Positions 24,499 through 36,467 of a stretch of DNA of 64,000 nucleotides are shown here, piece after piece. The notes beneath the pieces are model-generated. The model was given only the letters and a program-made list of their open reading frames with translations. It made no database searches and was not told the origin of the DNA. Origin of the DNA: Neoconidiobolus thromboides FSU 785 (Eukaryota; Fungi; Entomophthoromycota); assembly GCA_025603075.1 (NCBI GenBank), contig MU626270.1, forward strand, positions 143,882 through 207,881, in the 5' to 3' direction. A program made the translations under genes and the position numbers. Position 1 is the first letter of the stretch; every line of letters starts with the position of its first letter.

Positions 24499-26653
24499 AT
24501 GGAAAATAAAAAGCCAAATTTAGCGGATGTATTTGATGAAGCAATGTTGGAAGTAGAAGAAGCATTATCGTTAAGTTATTTTAACTCAAAAAAGTTTCAA
24601 CCTAAAATAGAAGTAGAGCGTTTCAAAGTAGTAGATGAGAATCACTCTCCTGAGCAAAAATTAAATAATTTACTGTCTTCGTTAAAGGATATCAATTCAG
24701 CTAGTGATAAATTGGAGCATTCAAAGATGTTATTATTTCCAAGATCGGAAGCAAGTTTAAAAAAGATAGATAACGGACATACTAAGAGTAAAAAAATATC
24801 AGGAATCCCATTTATGAACAGAATTTTAAATGATCTACACCTTCAAAAAAATAATTTGAAATTAGACTTATTAAGAGAGCATAGAAAATTATGGAATGAA
24901 ATCAAACCTGATGATAAAGATCATCTTAAGTTTAATGAATCCATTTTAACTTACCCATTAACCTCTAAACTGAGTGGACAGGAAGTTAATTATTCTTTAT
25001 TTGATGCATTTAAGCAGGAGGATAATGGAAAAAGAGGTAGTTTATCAGAATACGCGTTGAGGGTAAGCTTAAGAGTAATTACAGTTTTAGTATGATATTT
25101 ACGTGATATTCAATAGTTTTTCCCAAAAAGATATAAAGTTAAAAGCTTGGCTGATTTTAATGTACCAGTAATTACTAACAGGTAATAATTTACAGTTTAA
25201 CATTTTAAAGCCACTTTATTTATTTTTATCAATGGCAGTGATAATGCTAACATAAAGCCTATGAATAACAAACAACAGGGAAGGACGAGTAGCACACCAA
25301 AGGTAATTTTAATAACAACTAAAAAGTTTATTATTAATTATTAAGATTTCTAAGAAATATGATTCTGATGAAGCAGAATCAGGAAGGAATGGTGCTACAG
25401 AGTTTAAAACCGCAAAACAGTTACTAGTAAGTTGATTTTACTTATTTAATGATCAGTGTATTTATTATTGCTAAGCAAATGAATTCCAAAAAGAAATCAA
25501 CTTCAGATTTGAACTCTCGTTCAAATAATAGAAATCATGGCTACAACAACAACAAACCATTTGTAAATCCAGCAAAAAAGAGAGATACCGATGAAGAGGA
25601 CGAATTTGAAGAGATTAGAAAAGAATATAGGTAAGCTTTACTTGAACTGTTATAAGAGTATATTTAACTATTTATAGTTCATACAATTTAGATTCGAGTA
25701 AAAAGAAAAAGAAGACAATTAACTTAGATGACAAAGATGAAGAAGTTGATCCACGATTAAAAAATGTAGAGCCACAAATGGTTGAAAGGATTATGAATGA
25801 AATTATGAGCCATAACTTAAAGTTGGACTGGGACGATATTGCAGGATTGGATCATGCCAAAAATTTAATTAAAGAGATTGTTGTATGGCCAATGCTAAGA
25901 CCAGATATATTTAAAGGACTTTTGGGTCCACCCAAAGGCCTTTTACTATTCGGACCACCAGGCACAGGTAAAACGTTGATAGGTAAATGTATTGCTAGTC
26001 AAAGTAACGCAACCTTTTTTTCTATCTCTTCGTCATCGTTAACATCAAAATGGATTGGCGATGGAGAAAAGATGGTACGGGCACTATTTGCTGTAGCAAG
26101 ATGCCATCAACCCTCAGTTATATTTGTAGATGAAATTGATTCTTTATTGACACAAAGAACGGATGGTGAAGTAGAAGCAACAAGGCGTATCAAAACAGAA
26201 TTTTTGGTTCAACTAGATGGTTGTGCCACTTCAGAAGATGATAGGGTATTGGTTATTGGAGCTACTAATCGACCACAAGAAATTGATGAAGCAGCACGAC
26301 GAAGGTTTCGAAAACGAGTGTATATTCCATTGCCAGAACAAAACGGTAGAAGGAAAATTATAGAAAATTTATTGAAAAAGAATTTAGCCCATGGTCTTAC
26401 GGATGAGGAAATTGATCATGTAGCAAAACTTACACAGGGTTATTCTGGATCGGATATGGATGGCTTATGTCGTGAAGCTGCTCTTGGACCTATTCGTAGT
26501 ATTGCTTGTATTGCTACTGCCAAGCTGGATGAAGTTCGACCAATGGAACTAAATGATTTTTTATTGGCTTTAAAGCAAGTAAGAGCTTCTGTAGATCCTA
26601 AAGAATTAGATTTTTATATTGAGTGGAATGAAAAATTTGGCTCACTAAATTAA
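24499..26653 (+). CDS. FIGNL1: Fidgetin-like 1 AAA+ ATPase (multi-exon)
   Basis: [85 protein letters not shown] and [13 protein letters not shown]. Upstream exons carry EFKTAKQL and KPFVNP. Confidence 0.9.
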
Positions 26654-26769
26654 TAAGCTAAAATTGTGTCTCATTTTTTATCCAATTAAAGCTCATAATA
26701 AAAAAACAAGAATTTAATAAATATACTTTTATTTGCTCATTAATATCGTTTATCGTTTATCGCATCCTA

Positions 26770-27936
26770 TTATTCAACAATATAACTAGTTACCATTTCA
26801 TTGCTATTATAGGCTTGCCTATCCGGTATAATTGATCTTTTAATATTAAAAAAAGCGATTAAGCCTTCCCAAGACTGATAATCCAATTCCATAATAATTT
26901 GCTTCTTTTTTAAACCATTTTGATAGTCATCTTTAGTAGGAGCAGATGCAGCAGATAGCATTAAAATATTTGTATCTTGGTTTAGTTCAAGTTTAGCTTT
27001 GCCTTCTTTAATCAAAAAGGATATATAAAATAAATTTTCTACAGATTGTCCAAAACTCATTGGATTAAGCGCAAACTCAAATAAAGATATTTCCCCATAT
27101 TGCTGTAATAGTATATAAATATCTTTTGCTTCATTCACAGTGGAGCTACCATTCTTGGCTAAATCTTTATGATCCACCTAATTAAAGAATTTAATACGAT
27201 ATATGACATAATTAACATATAATACTTGTTCTGATTGAACTGCTGCTCTTTTGTTTAATCCCAACTCTTTTCTTCTACCCACTTTCCTCGTTACTCTTCT
27301 TGCTAAACCTAGCATTCCTAAACTAAACAATTAAAAATCTACTTTAGCCAATTCAAAAATTTTAATTACACATTGACACTTGGTGCTTTATCCCAATGAT
27401 ATTTAACTAAATTAGATAAGTGATAACTGGTTGGTATAGTCTCAATATCCATTTGTTTAACCAATGCGTCATTTTTCTCATATTTAAAATCTTTTAGTTT
27501 AGCAACAAATAGTTCTGGATCTATACAGTTATCTTCTAATTTTATTCTCTTAGCTGCCTGTTGTCCAAGTTCGGAAGTCATCCTTAATAGTTTGCTATCC
27601 ATACTGGCTTCAAATGGGTTTCTTACTGAAAAATGAATTCACGACTTATTTATTTATTTATTTATTATATATCTTCTTACCATGTTTAAATAACTTGTTC
27701 GCCAATTTTAAACTGTAAGATAACAATCCATGATGTCCTTTCTCTGGTTCCGTTTTAGCAGCTAAAAAGTATCAATTTTGTAGTTAATGTTTTATTTATA
27801 GTTTACCTTCAATTTTTTCTGTTAAATCTCTGTATTCTTGATTTCTTGATTGGTATGCCTCTATACCATCACCGTTTGTCTCATTTATAACTCGTTCTCC
27901 TTCATTTCTATCCCTTTCTACCATTTCTTGCATCAT
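26770..27936 (-). CDS. NSE4: Smc5/6 kleisin Nse4 (multi-exon)
   Basis: ISLFEFALNPMSFGQSVENLFYISFLIKEGK (Nse4_C). The N-terminal exons read RNQEYRDLTEKIE and VRNPFEASMDSKLLRMTSELG. Confidence 0.9.
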
Positions 27937-28711
27937 TTGAATTTACTTTTTTGTCAAACGTAGATTAATTTTAATTTTATAGATCAAATAAATCAATTGT
28001 TTTTTTATAAACAAACATTAAGCTCAAAATTAGAATAACTTGTGTAACTAAAAGTTTATTGCTTTAAATTTGTAATTATTTTTTTCTAGTGTGAATTTAA
28101 ATGGCCAAAGATTATTAGATGCTTTTAGATACAATTTAAAAATTTTAATTACAGATTAAAAATAAAGACCATATAATTGCAAGCTGTTCTGATAAATTAA
28201 GGTATAAAGTATGGGAGTGTTTTTTATCAATTGCCCTTTTTTGCTACTTTTTTTAAATTTAAAATTAGCTAGCCAATTCAGTTGTAAGTTTGGATGTGTT
28301 GGCTAATGATGAATTTTATAAACAGCTATTTTATTATTATGCCAATTTGTCACTTAATACTTAATTTTTAATTATAAAAGTTAGCCAAGACATAAGTTTA
28401 ATAAATGTACTAGTTAGTTTCGAAATTTCAAAAAGTAGCAAAAATGGATATAATTGGTAAAAAATATTTTCATATTATTTTATTGTGCTAAGTTCAAGAA
28501 AAGCATATTCAAATATTTGATGGCATCTCTTAAATATATAGATGTAATAATAAGGGAATTATTATAGTTAATGTATTAAGCTATATCAAAAAGTCTGCTT
28601 CCACAGACTTAAATACTACCTTTGCTAACCTCAAACCCAGGGCGTTACTGTGATAAATACATTCAGCTTTGCTTTGACTTATAGAAAGATAGTTAATAAG
28701 GTTTAAAATAT

Positions 28712-28810
28712 GGAGGTATTTTTTTTAGCTTCATCACTTTTTCTATCTTTTAAGTGCTATTTGAGTGGAAAATTTGTTAGTAAAACTCTCAAACACAAAA
28801 ATACAGCCCC
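28712..28810 (-). mobile_element. MITE-like element copy A (decayed left terminus), flanked by ATAT on both sides
   Basis: Shares the core ..TTAAGTGCTATTTGAGTGGAAAATTTGTTAGTAAAA..AATACAGCCCC with the reverse complement of the 30190-30288 copy. Confidence 0.75.
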
Positions 28811-28814
28811 ATAT

Positions 28815-28912
28815 GGTGATATTTTTTTGATTTCATAATTTTTTCCATTTTTTAAGCGCTATTTAAGCGAAAAAATTGCTAGTAAAATTATTAAGCAAAA
28901 AATATATCCTCA
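28815..28912 (-). mobile_element. MITE-like element copy B, directly tandem to copy A through a shared ATAT
   Basis: GGTGATATTTTTTTGATTTCAT...TTAAGCGCTATTTAAGCGAAAAAATTGCTAGTAAAATT...ATATCCTC aligns with the family along its whole length. Confidence 0.7.
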
Positions 28913-29129
28913 AATATTAACAAAACAAACAAAATAAACACAAAGTTGATTTATAATAATTAGGGTGCATAATAAAAGCATAAAAGTTTATTAGACATAA
29001 GATAATAATGTCAAAAGATCATAGATCGAAATTTGGAGTAGTTCTGACTAATATAATATATTAGATATAATATAGAAAGGCCAACATAGAACATTAGGCA
29101 ACAATGTCTAAATCTAGCTAATAATAGGC

Positions 29130-30120
29130 TTATTCTACTCTTACCCAGTTTAGTATGGAGATCTGCTCCATTTCTTTACAAGCTTTACCATTCAAATTTT
29201 CAATAGGAGCAACAAATAATAAAGGAATAATAAGTTTAAATTCGATAGCACTATTTAGAATCGCTAATTTAAATCTCTTAATATTTAAGGCTTCAAGGTT
29301 TGGGAAAAGGAATAAGAAGCAATAAACTTTTTCAAGTGTAAGTTTAGAGCAATTAATAATAATATGCTTGGTAAATCTACACTTAATTGGATTGTAGTTT
29401 TTTTATAAAGTTCATTCTTATCTAACTGACGTTTACCAAACATTTTTCGAATAGTAAAATTTAAATAATTAAAGTGAATAGTCTGAATAGTTGAATATTT
29501 GACGATAGAGGAATTGCTCTTAATGTGTCTTTTAGTAGGTTAATCAATTGGACTTTTTTTAAACTCAATAATTCTAGAATACCATGGTTAAATATATTAT
29601 TCAAGCAAAAGCGTCCTAAAGCACCAATGTTATTATTTTCAAGAAACTCTACACTCTCATCATTGTTAAAATAAGGGCTTTTGGAGGTTATTAACTGTAT
29701 GTTCTTTAATCATGTCAAATCACAAAAGCATGAAAGATCAAAATTAAAACTTACACTGATTTTTAATTCTAACTGAGCCAAAACTTATACCAGGGTTGAT
29801 TTCATTATAAACGCCAATATATCCATCAGATCTTAGGCGCAACATTTTTAATTTGTTGAACTCTGTTTGTAATATTTCCAATCCTCAAATGTCTAAATAA
29901 GCACTGTTGTATATTTTTAAGGACCTTAAAACGCTTGGAGTAAAATACTTGATAACATATTCAATGTTATTGATAGACCGATAAAACCTAGCTACTCCGA
30001 TTTGACTTAAATGATACCTAAATAGTTCTAATAATTTCTTAGTGCTATAAAAATCTATTATTTTCTTCTTATGAAAATTATATATCATCCTTACTATTTA
30101 CATTCAAATGCTTCATTAGC
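29130..30120 (-). pseudogene. Decayed LRR-like (possibly F-box/LRR family) gene remnant
   Basis: Several collinear open segments broken by stops or frame changes: YFTPSVLRSLKIYNSAYLDI*GLEILQTEFNKLKMLRLR (in-frame TGA at 29885-29887), ..GILELLSLKKVQL.. and ..FLFPNLEALNIKRF.. (LxxLxL-type motifs). Confidence 0.45.
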
Positions 30121-30189
30121 AATGTGTTATTTTCAATATATTTCTCTTGAAACCCTTAATATTCTTTGAATTTATCATAGACTGAATAT

Positions 30190-30288
30190 GGGGATGTATT
30201 TTTGTATTTAAGAATTTTACTAACAATTTTTCCGCTCAAATAGCGCTTAAAAGATGGAAAAAGTAATCAAGCTGAAAAAAACATCCCC
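30190..30288 (+). mobile_element. MITE-like element copy C (intact): 99 bp, TIR GGGGATGT...ACATCCCC, flanked by ATAT
   Basis: The terminal inverted repeat GGGGATGTATTTTT / AAAAAAACATCCCC matches at 13/14; ATAT lies at 30186-30189 and 30289-30292. Confidence 0.85.
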
Positions 30289-30533
30289 ATATGTTAGATT
30301 GTGTTCTATGACTTTGCTTACAAATGTAAATAACCTTTTACTTAAAAAACAGAAATTAAATAAGTACAGTGAATATATTAATTTAAAAATGGTTTCAAAA
30401 AGGAGATTGAGTAGTAGCTCAAGTTTTAATGTCGCTTCTAAATAAAATATTGATGAATTTAGTTACTTTTTATAATTGTTGAATTTCTTATCTAGCTTAG
30501 TAAATTGAATATATCAATTTTAATCTTGATACA

Positions 30534-30630
30534 TTAGAATGTTTTTTTTGATTTCATCACTTTTACATTTTTAAGCGCTATTTGAGTGGAAAGATTGTTA
30601 GTAAAATTCTTAAACAAAAAATACATCCCC
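30534..30630 (-). mobile_element. MITE-like element copy D (one intact terminus)
   Basis: ..TTAAGCGCTATTTGAGTGGAAAGATTGTTAGTAAAATTCTTAAACAAAAAATACATCCCC followed by ATAT. The other end has decayed to TAGAATGTTTTTT. Confidence 0.8.
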
Positions 30631-30822
30631 ATATAGTAGCTGTAACTTTAATATAAAACTGTTTAAATTTAGTTACAATAATATTAATATGATGTCACAC
30701 ATTGAATAGTATTTATTTAGTTAATAAATTATCCTTATATTATTATCAATAGCAATTTAAAAACGGATTTTTGAAAGACAAGATTGATCCTATTTTGTAT
30801 TATTAATATAATATTATTATAT

Positions 30823-30920
30823 GGGGATGTATTTTTGTATTTAAGAATTTTTCTAACAATCTTTCCACTCAAATAACGGTTAAAAAATGGAAAGAGTTAT
30901 GAAATCAAAAAAACATCCCC
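30823..30920 (+). mobile_element. MITE-like element copy E (intact): 98 bp, flanked by ATAT
   Basis: GGGGATGTATTTTTGTATTTAAGAATTTT...GAAATCAAAAAAACATCCCC with ATAT at 30819-30822 and 30921-30924. Confidence 0.85.
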
Positions 30921-31160
30921 ATATTTTAAATTAAGCTTATTTGATTAACCTTAGTATTATCAGTTCAATAATTCATAATAGTTTTAAAAATGTACCTGTA
31001 AAGCATACATTTGATTGTAGCTTACACCTAATAACTTTTGTAAAAATCATGATAATAATAAAATGCTGAGTATTCAGATTACTGTTGTTATAAAATAAAC
31101 TTTAGTAGTATAATTAATTAGTTTAGTTTAGTTTTCCTAAAACACTTCCTCAATGTTGAT

Positions 31161-31256
31161 TGAGAATGTTTTTTTAATTTTATCACTTTTCCATTTTTAA
31201 GCATTATCTATTTGAGCCGAAAAACTGTTAGTAAAATTCTTAAAAAAAAATCTCCA
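31161..31256 (-). mobile_element. MITE-like element copy F (both termini decayed)
   Basis: GAGAATGTTTTTTTAATTTTATCACTTTTCCATTTTTAAGC..CTATTTGAGCCGAAAAACTGTTAGTAAAATTCTTAAA matches the family core. Confidence 0.7.
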
Positions 31257-32027
31257 AATACAATATTTATTCATTTATTAAAACATGAGTGTGTTAGACT
31301 AAAAATTACTCTTTCTAAAATTTTAAGATGCCTAAAAAGTGGATAAAATAATGGAAAATATCCCTTTCTATGTCATGCTTATGGTATAAACCTTCATTAT
31401 ATTTTAGAAAGATCTATAGATTAGCACCATTATGAGTTGTTTGAATAAAAGCTAGATAGCAAATTATTATACATTTTGATTTAATTAAAATTCCAAAGTT
31501 TTAAATACTATTACTAACGATAGCAATAAAGAATTAATTTTTAAATGATACTTATTAATTAGAAAGAATAGTAGTATCAACTTTATTTCCAAAGCAATCA
31601 AGAGGGAAAAGAGAACAAAATTTAAAACATAATATTTGACTATAATAGAATTGTATAATCTTTATTATAAAATTAAAATTGACCATTTTTAACAAGAAAA
31701 TTTTCAACGCTTTAATTAACCATTTTTGTATAAATTAATTTTGATATGAAATAACCGGAAGTTAGATATTGCAATAAAGTCAATATTCGTAAATAGAGCT
31801 AAATATAAATGATAATATAATGATGTCTAATAACGTAATAAACTAAAGGGTATTACTAAATAATGAAATAAGGACTGTTTGAAATTAACGGTAAGTTATA
31901 CTCCACAATCCAAAATAAGTTGAAACAATAATCAATAGTTGACACTGGAAGATATTATTGAGTTAAAGCTATGATAAAAGGGCACAACGCTGTTTTATTG
32001 ATGTAATGGAGAATTGCAAACATTAAG

Positions 32028-32035
32028 TATAAAAG
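32028..32035 (+). promoter_or_regulatory. TATA box candidate (TATAAAAG) about 80 bp upstream of the small secreted protein
   Basis: Canonical TATAAAAG at a suitable distance from the ATG at 32112. The AT-rich background makes chance occurrence plausible. Confidence 0.4.
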
Positions 32036-32111
32036 AGAAATATAATGAACATTCTAAAGTATCAAACAAATATTACTACTTATTAATCACAATCTATTAA
32101 ACCAATTAATA

Positions 32112-32366
32112 ATGAATATTAAATTACTTACTCTCTTTATTGGTACTATCTTTGCTGCACCAGCTATTATGCAAGATGGTGATGCTTTGGGTGTTACTAA
32201 AGCTCTTGATACTGTAACTAAAGGGCTTGGAAAACATAAGGATACAACTCCAGCACCTCCTGTAGTTAATCCTCCTGCAGCTAATCCTCCTGTAGTTACT
32301 CCTCCTGCAACTACTCCTCCTACAGTTGCTCCCCCTGCAGCTGCTCCTCCTGCCGTTAAGCCTTAA
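32112..32366 (+). CDS. Small secreted proline-rich repeat protein (84 aa)
   Basis: Signal-peptide-like MNIKLLTLFIGTIFA, GC-richer codon-like composition, and a C-terminus of 7 pentapeptide PPxxx repeats. Confidence 0.75.
   Translation: MNIKLLTLFIGTIFAAPAIMQDGDALGVTKALDTVTKGLGKHKDTTPAPPVVNPPAANPPVVTPPATTPPTVAPPAAAPPAVKP
32256..32360 (+). repeat. 7 x 15-bp coding tandem repeat (CCTCCTGYAGYTRMT-like)
   Basis: Units: cctcctgtagttaat / cctcctgcagctaat / cctcctgtagttact / cctcctgcaactact / cctcctacagttgct / ccccctgcagctgct / cctcctgccgttaag. Confidence 0.9.
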
Positions 32367-33610
32367 AGGAATAGATTCTTTGCTACTACTCACATACTAT
32401 TACCTTATAATAAACATTTGAATATATATTATTATATGTTATTGATAATAATTTAATCTTAATACTTTATTTATGAGCGATATAAAAGATATACATTAAA
32501 TATGCTTTTCAAAGTTTAATAGAAGTTAAAAGGTCATCCATCTACTTAACTAATGCTAAAACAAAATTAAGTATTAGAAAACAGGATGAGTAACGATGGC
32601 TGATGACTCATCTAGCTGAGATTCGTCAGCCATTGAGACAGCAAAAGGTTGCTCCATTTTGAATTTTGGATTGAGGGCCTATGTTATATGATTCCTCTAA
32701 TTAGGGCACTAACAGCTTTAGCTATATAATCTAAATTATTCCCACTGTTAAGAATACCAGGACCATTAGAAATAATGATAATAAAGATACCAACTGACCC
32801 CGGCGCTCATCATTGATAGTTTAATAAACAATAGTTGATAACCAATATCAATTTATTTAAAACACGATCATGTTTTTTATTTGCGTTTCTTTAAAGACTA
32901 TTTTTTTTCAAAAGTTAAGTTTCAATAAGCAAATAATTGATGAAGCAAGAGGGCTCTTATATAACAGTCAAATTTGAATTCCTGAAGATAAATCAACAGT
33001 AAAAAATAAGGGTAAATTTTTATAAACTTCATTTTATTTTAATATTAAATTGTTCAAACATTACAGTTCTTTTAGTAAAAATTATTCCTCAATTTTAAGC
33101 ATTGAAGTTTTTGAACAGTATTTATATCTACAATAATACTTTAAATGTTTTTTCTTTTTAATAATTAGTTTACTTCTTAATTATGGAAGTTGAAAAAATG
33201 TCAGCTAATTTCTTTGTAAAAATTAAAATTAAAATTATGTTGATTTATTATATCTAAAAATACAATATAGAGTTTTTATTTTATAAATTTAAATAAAGGC
33301 TCATGATGAGATTATTTATTCATTCCTTTTGTTTAATATTGTAATTCTAATGGTTATACAATTCGAAAAAAATAAAAAGCTAATTCAACCAATCAGATTT
33401 TTAGAATAGATCACGTAAGTCTTAGTTAATTCAAAGCAGGTTGTAGTCATATTGATTCTATTTGATAAGATAATAAAAATGATTGGAAATCAGCAACGTC
33501 ATGTAAACAAAATGGACCCATAATAGTAAGCTTAGGATTATTAGGAAAAGTATATAAATTGAAATAATCATGGATAAAGTTATCTTTTTACGAACATAAA
33601 GGAAAACAAA

Positions 33611-34565
33611 ATGAGTAACGGAGCCAGCCATAATATAACCCCAGAATTAGAAGCCCAAATCGATAGTCTCTATGAAAAAGTTTCTCAACTTGAGCACGAA
33701 AAAGAACACGAAGTAGAAATCCTTAAGGCTAAATATTTTGTTAAAAAAGAACCTCACTTTAAGGCTCTTGATAAAATTTTCCAAAAAATTGACAACTTTT
33801 GGGGTAATGCCATAAGAAACTCTGGTATCTTTGGTAAATGTTTTTTATTTTTACCTATTTTAGTTTTAACCTTATCCAATAGACGATGTCAATACACCTG
33901 AGGTATCTAGTGTAACTTAATTTTTTTATTTTCTTGTTTTTTTTATTCATTTTTACTTTATTTAGATTTTAGACAGTATTAAAAACATTACTGTTGATTA
34001 TAGAGAAGGAAACCTTACTAATGGAGCTTTAGTTTTTGTATGTTTTTAAATTTATACCATTAAAAATAACTAATGTGGTAAAATTAGGAATTTAATGACA
34101 ACGACTATATTAGTAATAAGAAATATACTCGTGATTTAACAATCTTAGAAGTTAAGAATGAAGAAAATGACCATGCTCACCCACAATTAGTTCCTAAAAG
34201 CGATAAGCTTGAATGGAAAGCAGGAAAAGTAAATTTCTTACACTAGCTTTAATTCTTCCATTGATTTATACTATATTAGGAAATTAAAGTCACAGAGCAA
34301 GATGAAGATTCAGAAGGTATAACCTTCATTGAATGGTTAACTGCTAAAGAAGCCCTTGGTGCTGATACATTTTTCATTGAAGAACTTTATCCAACTGCTT
34401 TAGAGTAATCTTTATATTTACTGTTAATAGAAATAAGTACTAATAGTTAGCTTCTATATTGGTAACGAAGGAGCGGAAGACTTTAGTGATGATGAAGAAG
34501 TTGAGGATGACGATGAAGAAGATGATGAAGAAGTTCAGCAAGCTTCCAAGAAAGCTAGAAATTAA
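33611..34565 (+). CDS. NAP-family histone chaperone (SET/Vps75-like, multi-exon)
   Basis: N-terminal dimerisation helix, KIDNFWGNAIRN, EFNDNDYISNK, KLEWKAGK and TFIEWL..FFIEELYPTAL, then an acidic tail and a KKAR NLS-like end. Confidence 0.85.
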
Positions 34566-34886
34566 AATCTTTGACTAACTTTAAAAGATATCTATGGTTT
34601 CCTTGTCACAAAGAATATAAATAAATCATCTTCTCACTAATTAGTTTTTATCTTCGTATAGTAATCAATTTTTATTTACAATACTTATGTTTCAAACTGG
34701 ATATTACAATAGTCCTTTTGGAAATGATGTTAATATTTTAAAATTAAAAGCTAATTTGATATAAAATTTAATTATCGTGTTAATTATTAGCTAATAAATT
34801 ATTTAATTTAACCTAAATTTATTAATAGAATTTAAAAGATTCAAAATAAACTAAAAATCGTAAACGTCATCATTTCTCTTTTATAA

Positions 34887-36467
34887 ATGAAGCTAACAAT
34901 ATCAGTAGGGGAAGAATTACATAATTTAGAAGTCCATGGTTCTATGGATATACAATCCTTTAAAGCGTTATTAGGAGCAGAATTAGATCAACCAGAAGAA
35001 AGAATATTAATACTTTATAATAATAAAGAGCTTGCTGAGCCAACCAAAAGTTTAGATGATTATGGAGTACAGGAGAACGATATTCTAGTAGCCAATATAT
35101 TATCTTTAGAAGCTAACCCACAAACCCAACTACCTCAATCTTCATTTAATAATTCAACCTCTTTTGGTACTAACCCTGAAGCATTAAGACAGAAGATTCT
35201 TACTATACCTCAGTTAAAAAGAAGATTAGAAGAGGTTATATTAATTTTGTAAATATGAATTAATTATTTAAGTTTCTAGACCTCTCCAGAGTTGGCTGAA
35301 GCTGCCGTTAATGACCCAGCAAAATTCGCTAGACTTTTTATAGAGTTTGAACGAAAGCAAAGGGAAATGGAATTTGAAAGAGAAAAAGAAATGGTAAAAA
35401 GAAATAGATAGATTCAAGTATTGAATAAACAAATAATATTATATTAGGCTCTACTAGAAGCAGATCCATTTAATATAGAAGCTCAAAAAAAGATCGAAGA
35501 AATAATCCGCAATCAAAATGTAATGGAAAATATGAAGGAGGCTATGGAACATAACCCAGAATCTTTTGGTCAAGTAAATAATAATTTTTCAAATTTCACC
35601 TTTTATTTATTATGAAAGGTTCATATGTTGTATATCGATATAGAAGTGAACGGCGTCCGTGTTAAAGCATTTGTTGATTCTGGCGCTCAATCAACTATTA
35701 GTAAATATTAATATTAAAAAATCCACTCCTTAACAATTTTTCTAGTTAGCCCTAGCTGTGCTGAAAAATGCGGGTAAGTCGGAACATAAACCCATTATGC
35801 TATTACTAATTATTATGTAGTTTGATGAGACTCTTGGACACTAGGTTTCAAGGTATAGCAAGAGGAGTTGGTACTGCAAAGATTTTAGGCAGGGTACATA
35901 ATGCTCCAATTAAGATAGGAGCAAACTTCTACCCTTGTTCATTTATGGTTCTTGAGGTATAGTATACAACAATAATGATAATAGTTTTATTAAAAGTAAT
36001 AGGGTAAAGATGTTGACTTATTGTTCGGGTTAGATATGCTTAAAAGATATCAGGTATATAATAGTAAAAATAGCTTTGGTATTAAACTGATTGAATATTA
36101 CATAGGCCTGTATTGATCTTAAGCTTAATGCGTTAGTCATTAATGACGAAAAAATACCATTTTTGCCAGAACATCAGATTCCGAAATCAAATTTCCAAGG
36201 TGATCCAAATGAGCAAAACTCTGTTTCAAGTTCAACTCCAAGTAACCAAGCTATGAGTTCTTCAAATACCTTATCACAAGGAAGTGAGTATTTTTAGGTC
36301 CAAATAATAAGTTAGATTAATGTTTTTTATTAGCAAACTCTCAGGTTTCAGAAAAAGCCATTAAAGATTTAATGGAATTGGGTGGTATCACAAGAGAATA
36401 CGCCGTTGCCTTACTTACACAAACAAACGGAGATGCTGATTTGGCTGCAAACATACTTCTTGGTTAA
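34887..36467 (+). CDS. DDI1: DNA damage-inducible aspartic protease Ddi1 (UBL-HDD-RVP-UBA, multi-exon)
   Basis: N-terminal UBL, then [23 protein letters not shown]|[39 protein letters not shown] and [13 protein letters not shown], with a C-terminal UBA. Confidence 0.95.

Noticed and set aside
29885-29887. In-frame TGA within an otherwise open frame, considered as possible selenocysteine
   Set aside because: The context is LRR-like rather than a redox motif, the region has other stops and frame breaks, and no SECIS-like structure was seen downstream on that strand. A pseudogene stop is simpler.
28712-32360. Regularly recurring repeats considered as a CRISPR-like array
   Set aside because: The genome is eukaryotic, the units are ~99-bp TIR elements in mixed orientation or 15-bp coding repeats, and there is no repeat-spacer periodicity or cas gene.
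32775-32795. TGGTATC on the minus strand resembling a tRNA-iMet primer-binding site
   Set aside because: Only 7 nt match, with no adjacent LTR end or gag/pol sequence.
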